Positions 25,635 to 25,656 of a stretch of DNA of 25,656 bases are shown one piece after another; the stretch's first letter is position 1, and each line of letters begins with the position of its first letter. A program made the translations under genes and the position numbers. The DNA comes from Gemmatimonadota bacterium (GTDB lineage Bacteria > Gemmatimonadota > Gemmatimonadetes > Palauibacterales > Palauibacteraceae). The notes beneath the pieces were generated by a model. The model ran no database searches. It worked only from the letters and a program-made list of their open reading frames with translations, and was not told where the DNA came from. The stretch spans positions 1 through 25,656 of the forward strand of contig JAOTWC010000001.1 of NCBI GenBank assembly GCA_029863105.1. The letters run 5' to 3'.

Positions 25635-25656
25635 CTAGAAGTACTCCTCGAGCGCT
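25635..25656 (-). CDS. Possible 3' end of an upstream gene (...ALEEYF-stop)
   Basis: Only 7 codons are visible; GC3-rich, ending in TAG at 25637-25635. Confidence 0.3.

Noticed and set aside
1-25656. CRISPR arrays, IS elements, prophage, tRNA/rRNA/tmRNA
   Set aside because: No regularly spaced direct repeats, transposase or integrase motifs, or recognisable structural RNA signatures found by eye.

Overview
GC-rich bacterial chromosomal window of housekeeping and accessory genes; the overall gene style suggests Gemmatimonadota, which is my inference and not verified. I found no mobile element, CRISPR array, rRNA or tRNA. Gene order: MBL-fold hydrolase (+), ispG (-), unannotated 66-aa small ORF (-), exported NTF2-like protein (+), ZIP metal transporter (-), Ser/Thr kinase (-), exported TPR-like protein (-), DinB-family protein (+), HEXXH lipoprotein (-), cyclase/KynB-like lipoprotein (+), class II B12-dependent ribonucleotide reductase nrdJ (-), a tightly coupled peptidoglycan-recycling operon anmK-nagZ-SSS transporter-amidase-gamma-CA-like (-), ggt (+), Gly-zipper lipoprotein (-), MdlA/BmrC-like ABC half-transporter (+), ccdA (-) and a hypothetical gene (-). 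The main signal is that the nrdJ promoter architecture (TTGACC -35 overlapped by a 16-bp NrdR box, plus a second box exactly 32 bp away at the predicted +1) occurs a second time about 9.8 kb away. That second promoter points at a basic 66-aa ORF with a strong Shine-Dalgarno sequence and a ~210-nt leader, a candidate undescribed member of the NrdR/dNTP regulon. The nrdJ leader also contains mutually exclusive hairpins and a fragment resembling a cobalamin riboswitch. Several start codons below are refined from the ORF track using SD sequences and gene overlaps. All family assignments come from motifs read by eye, with no database searches.
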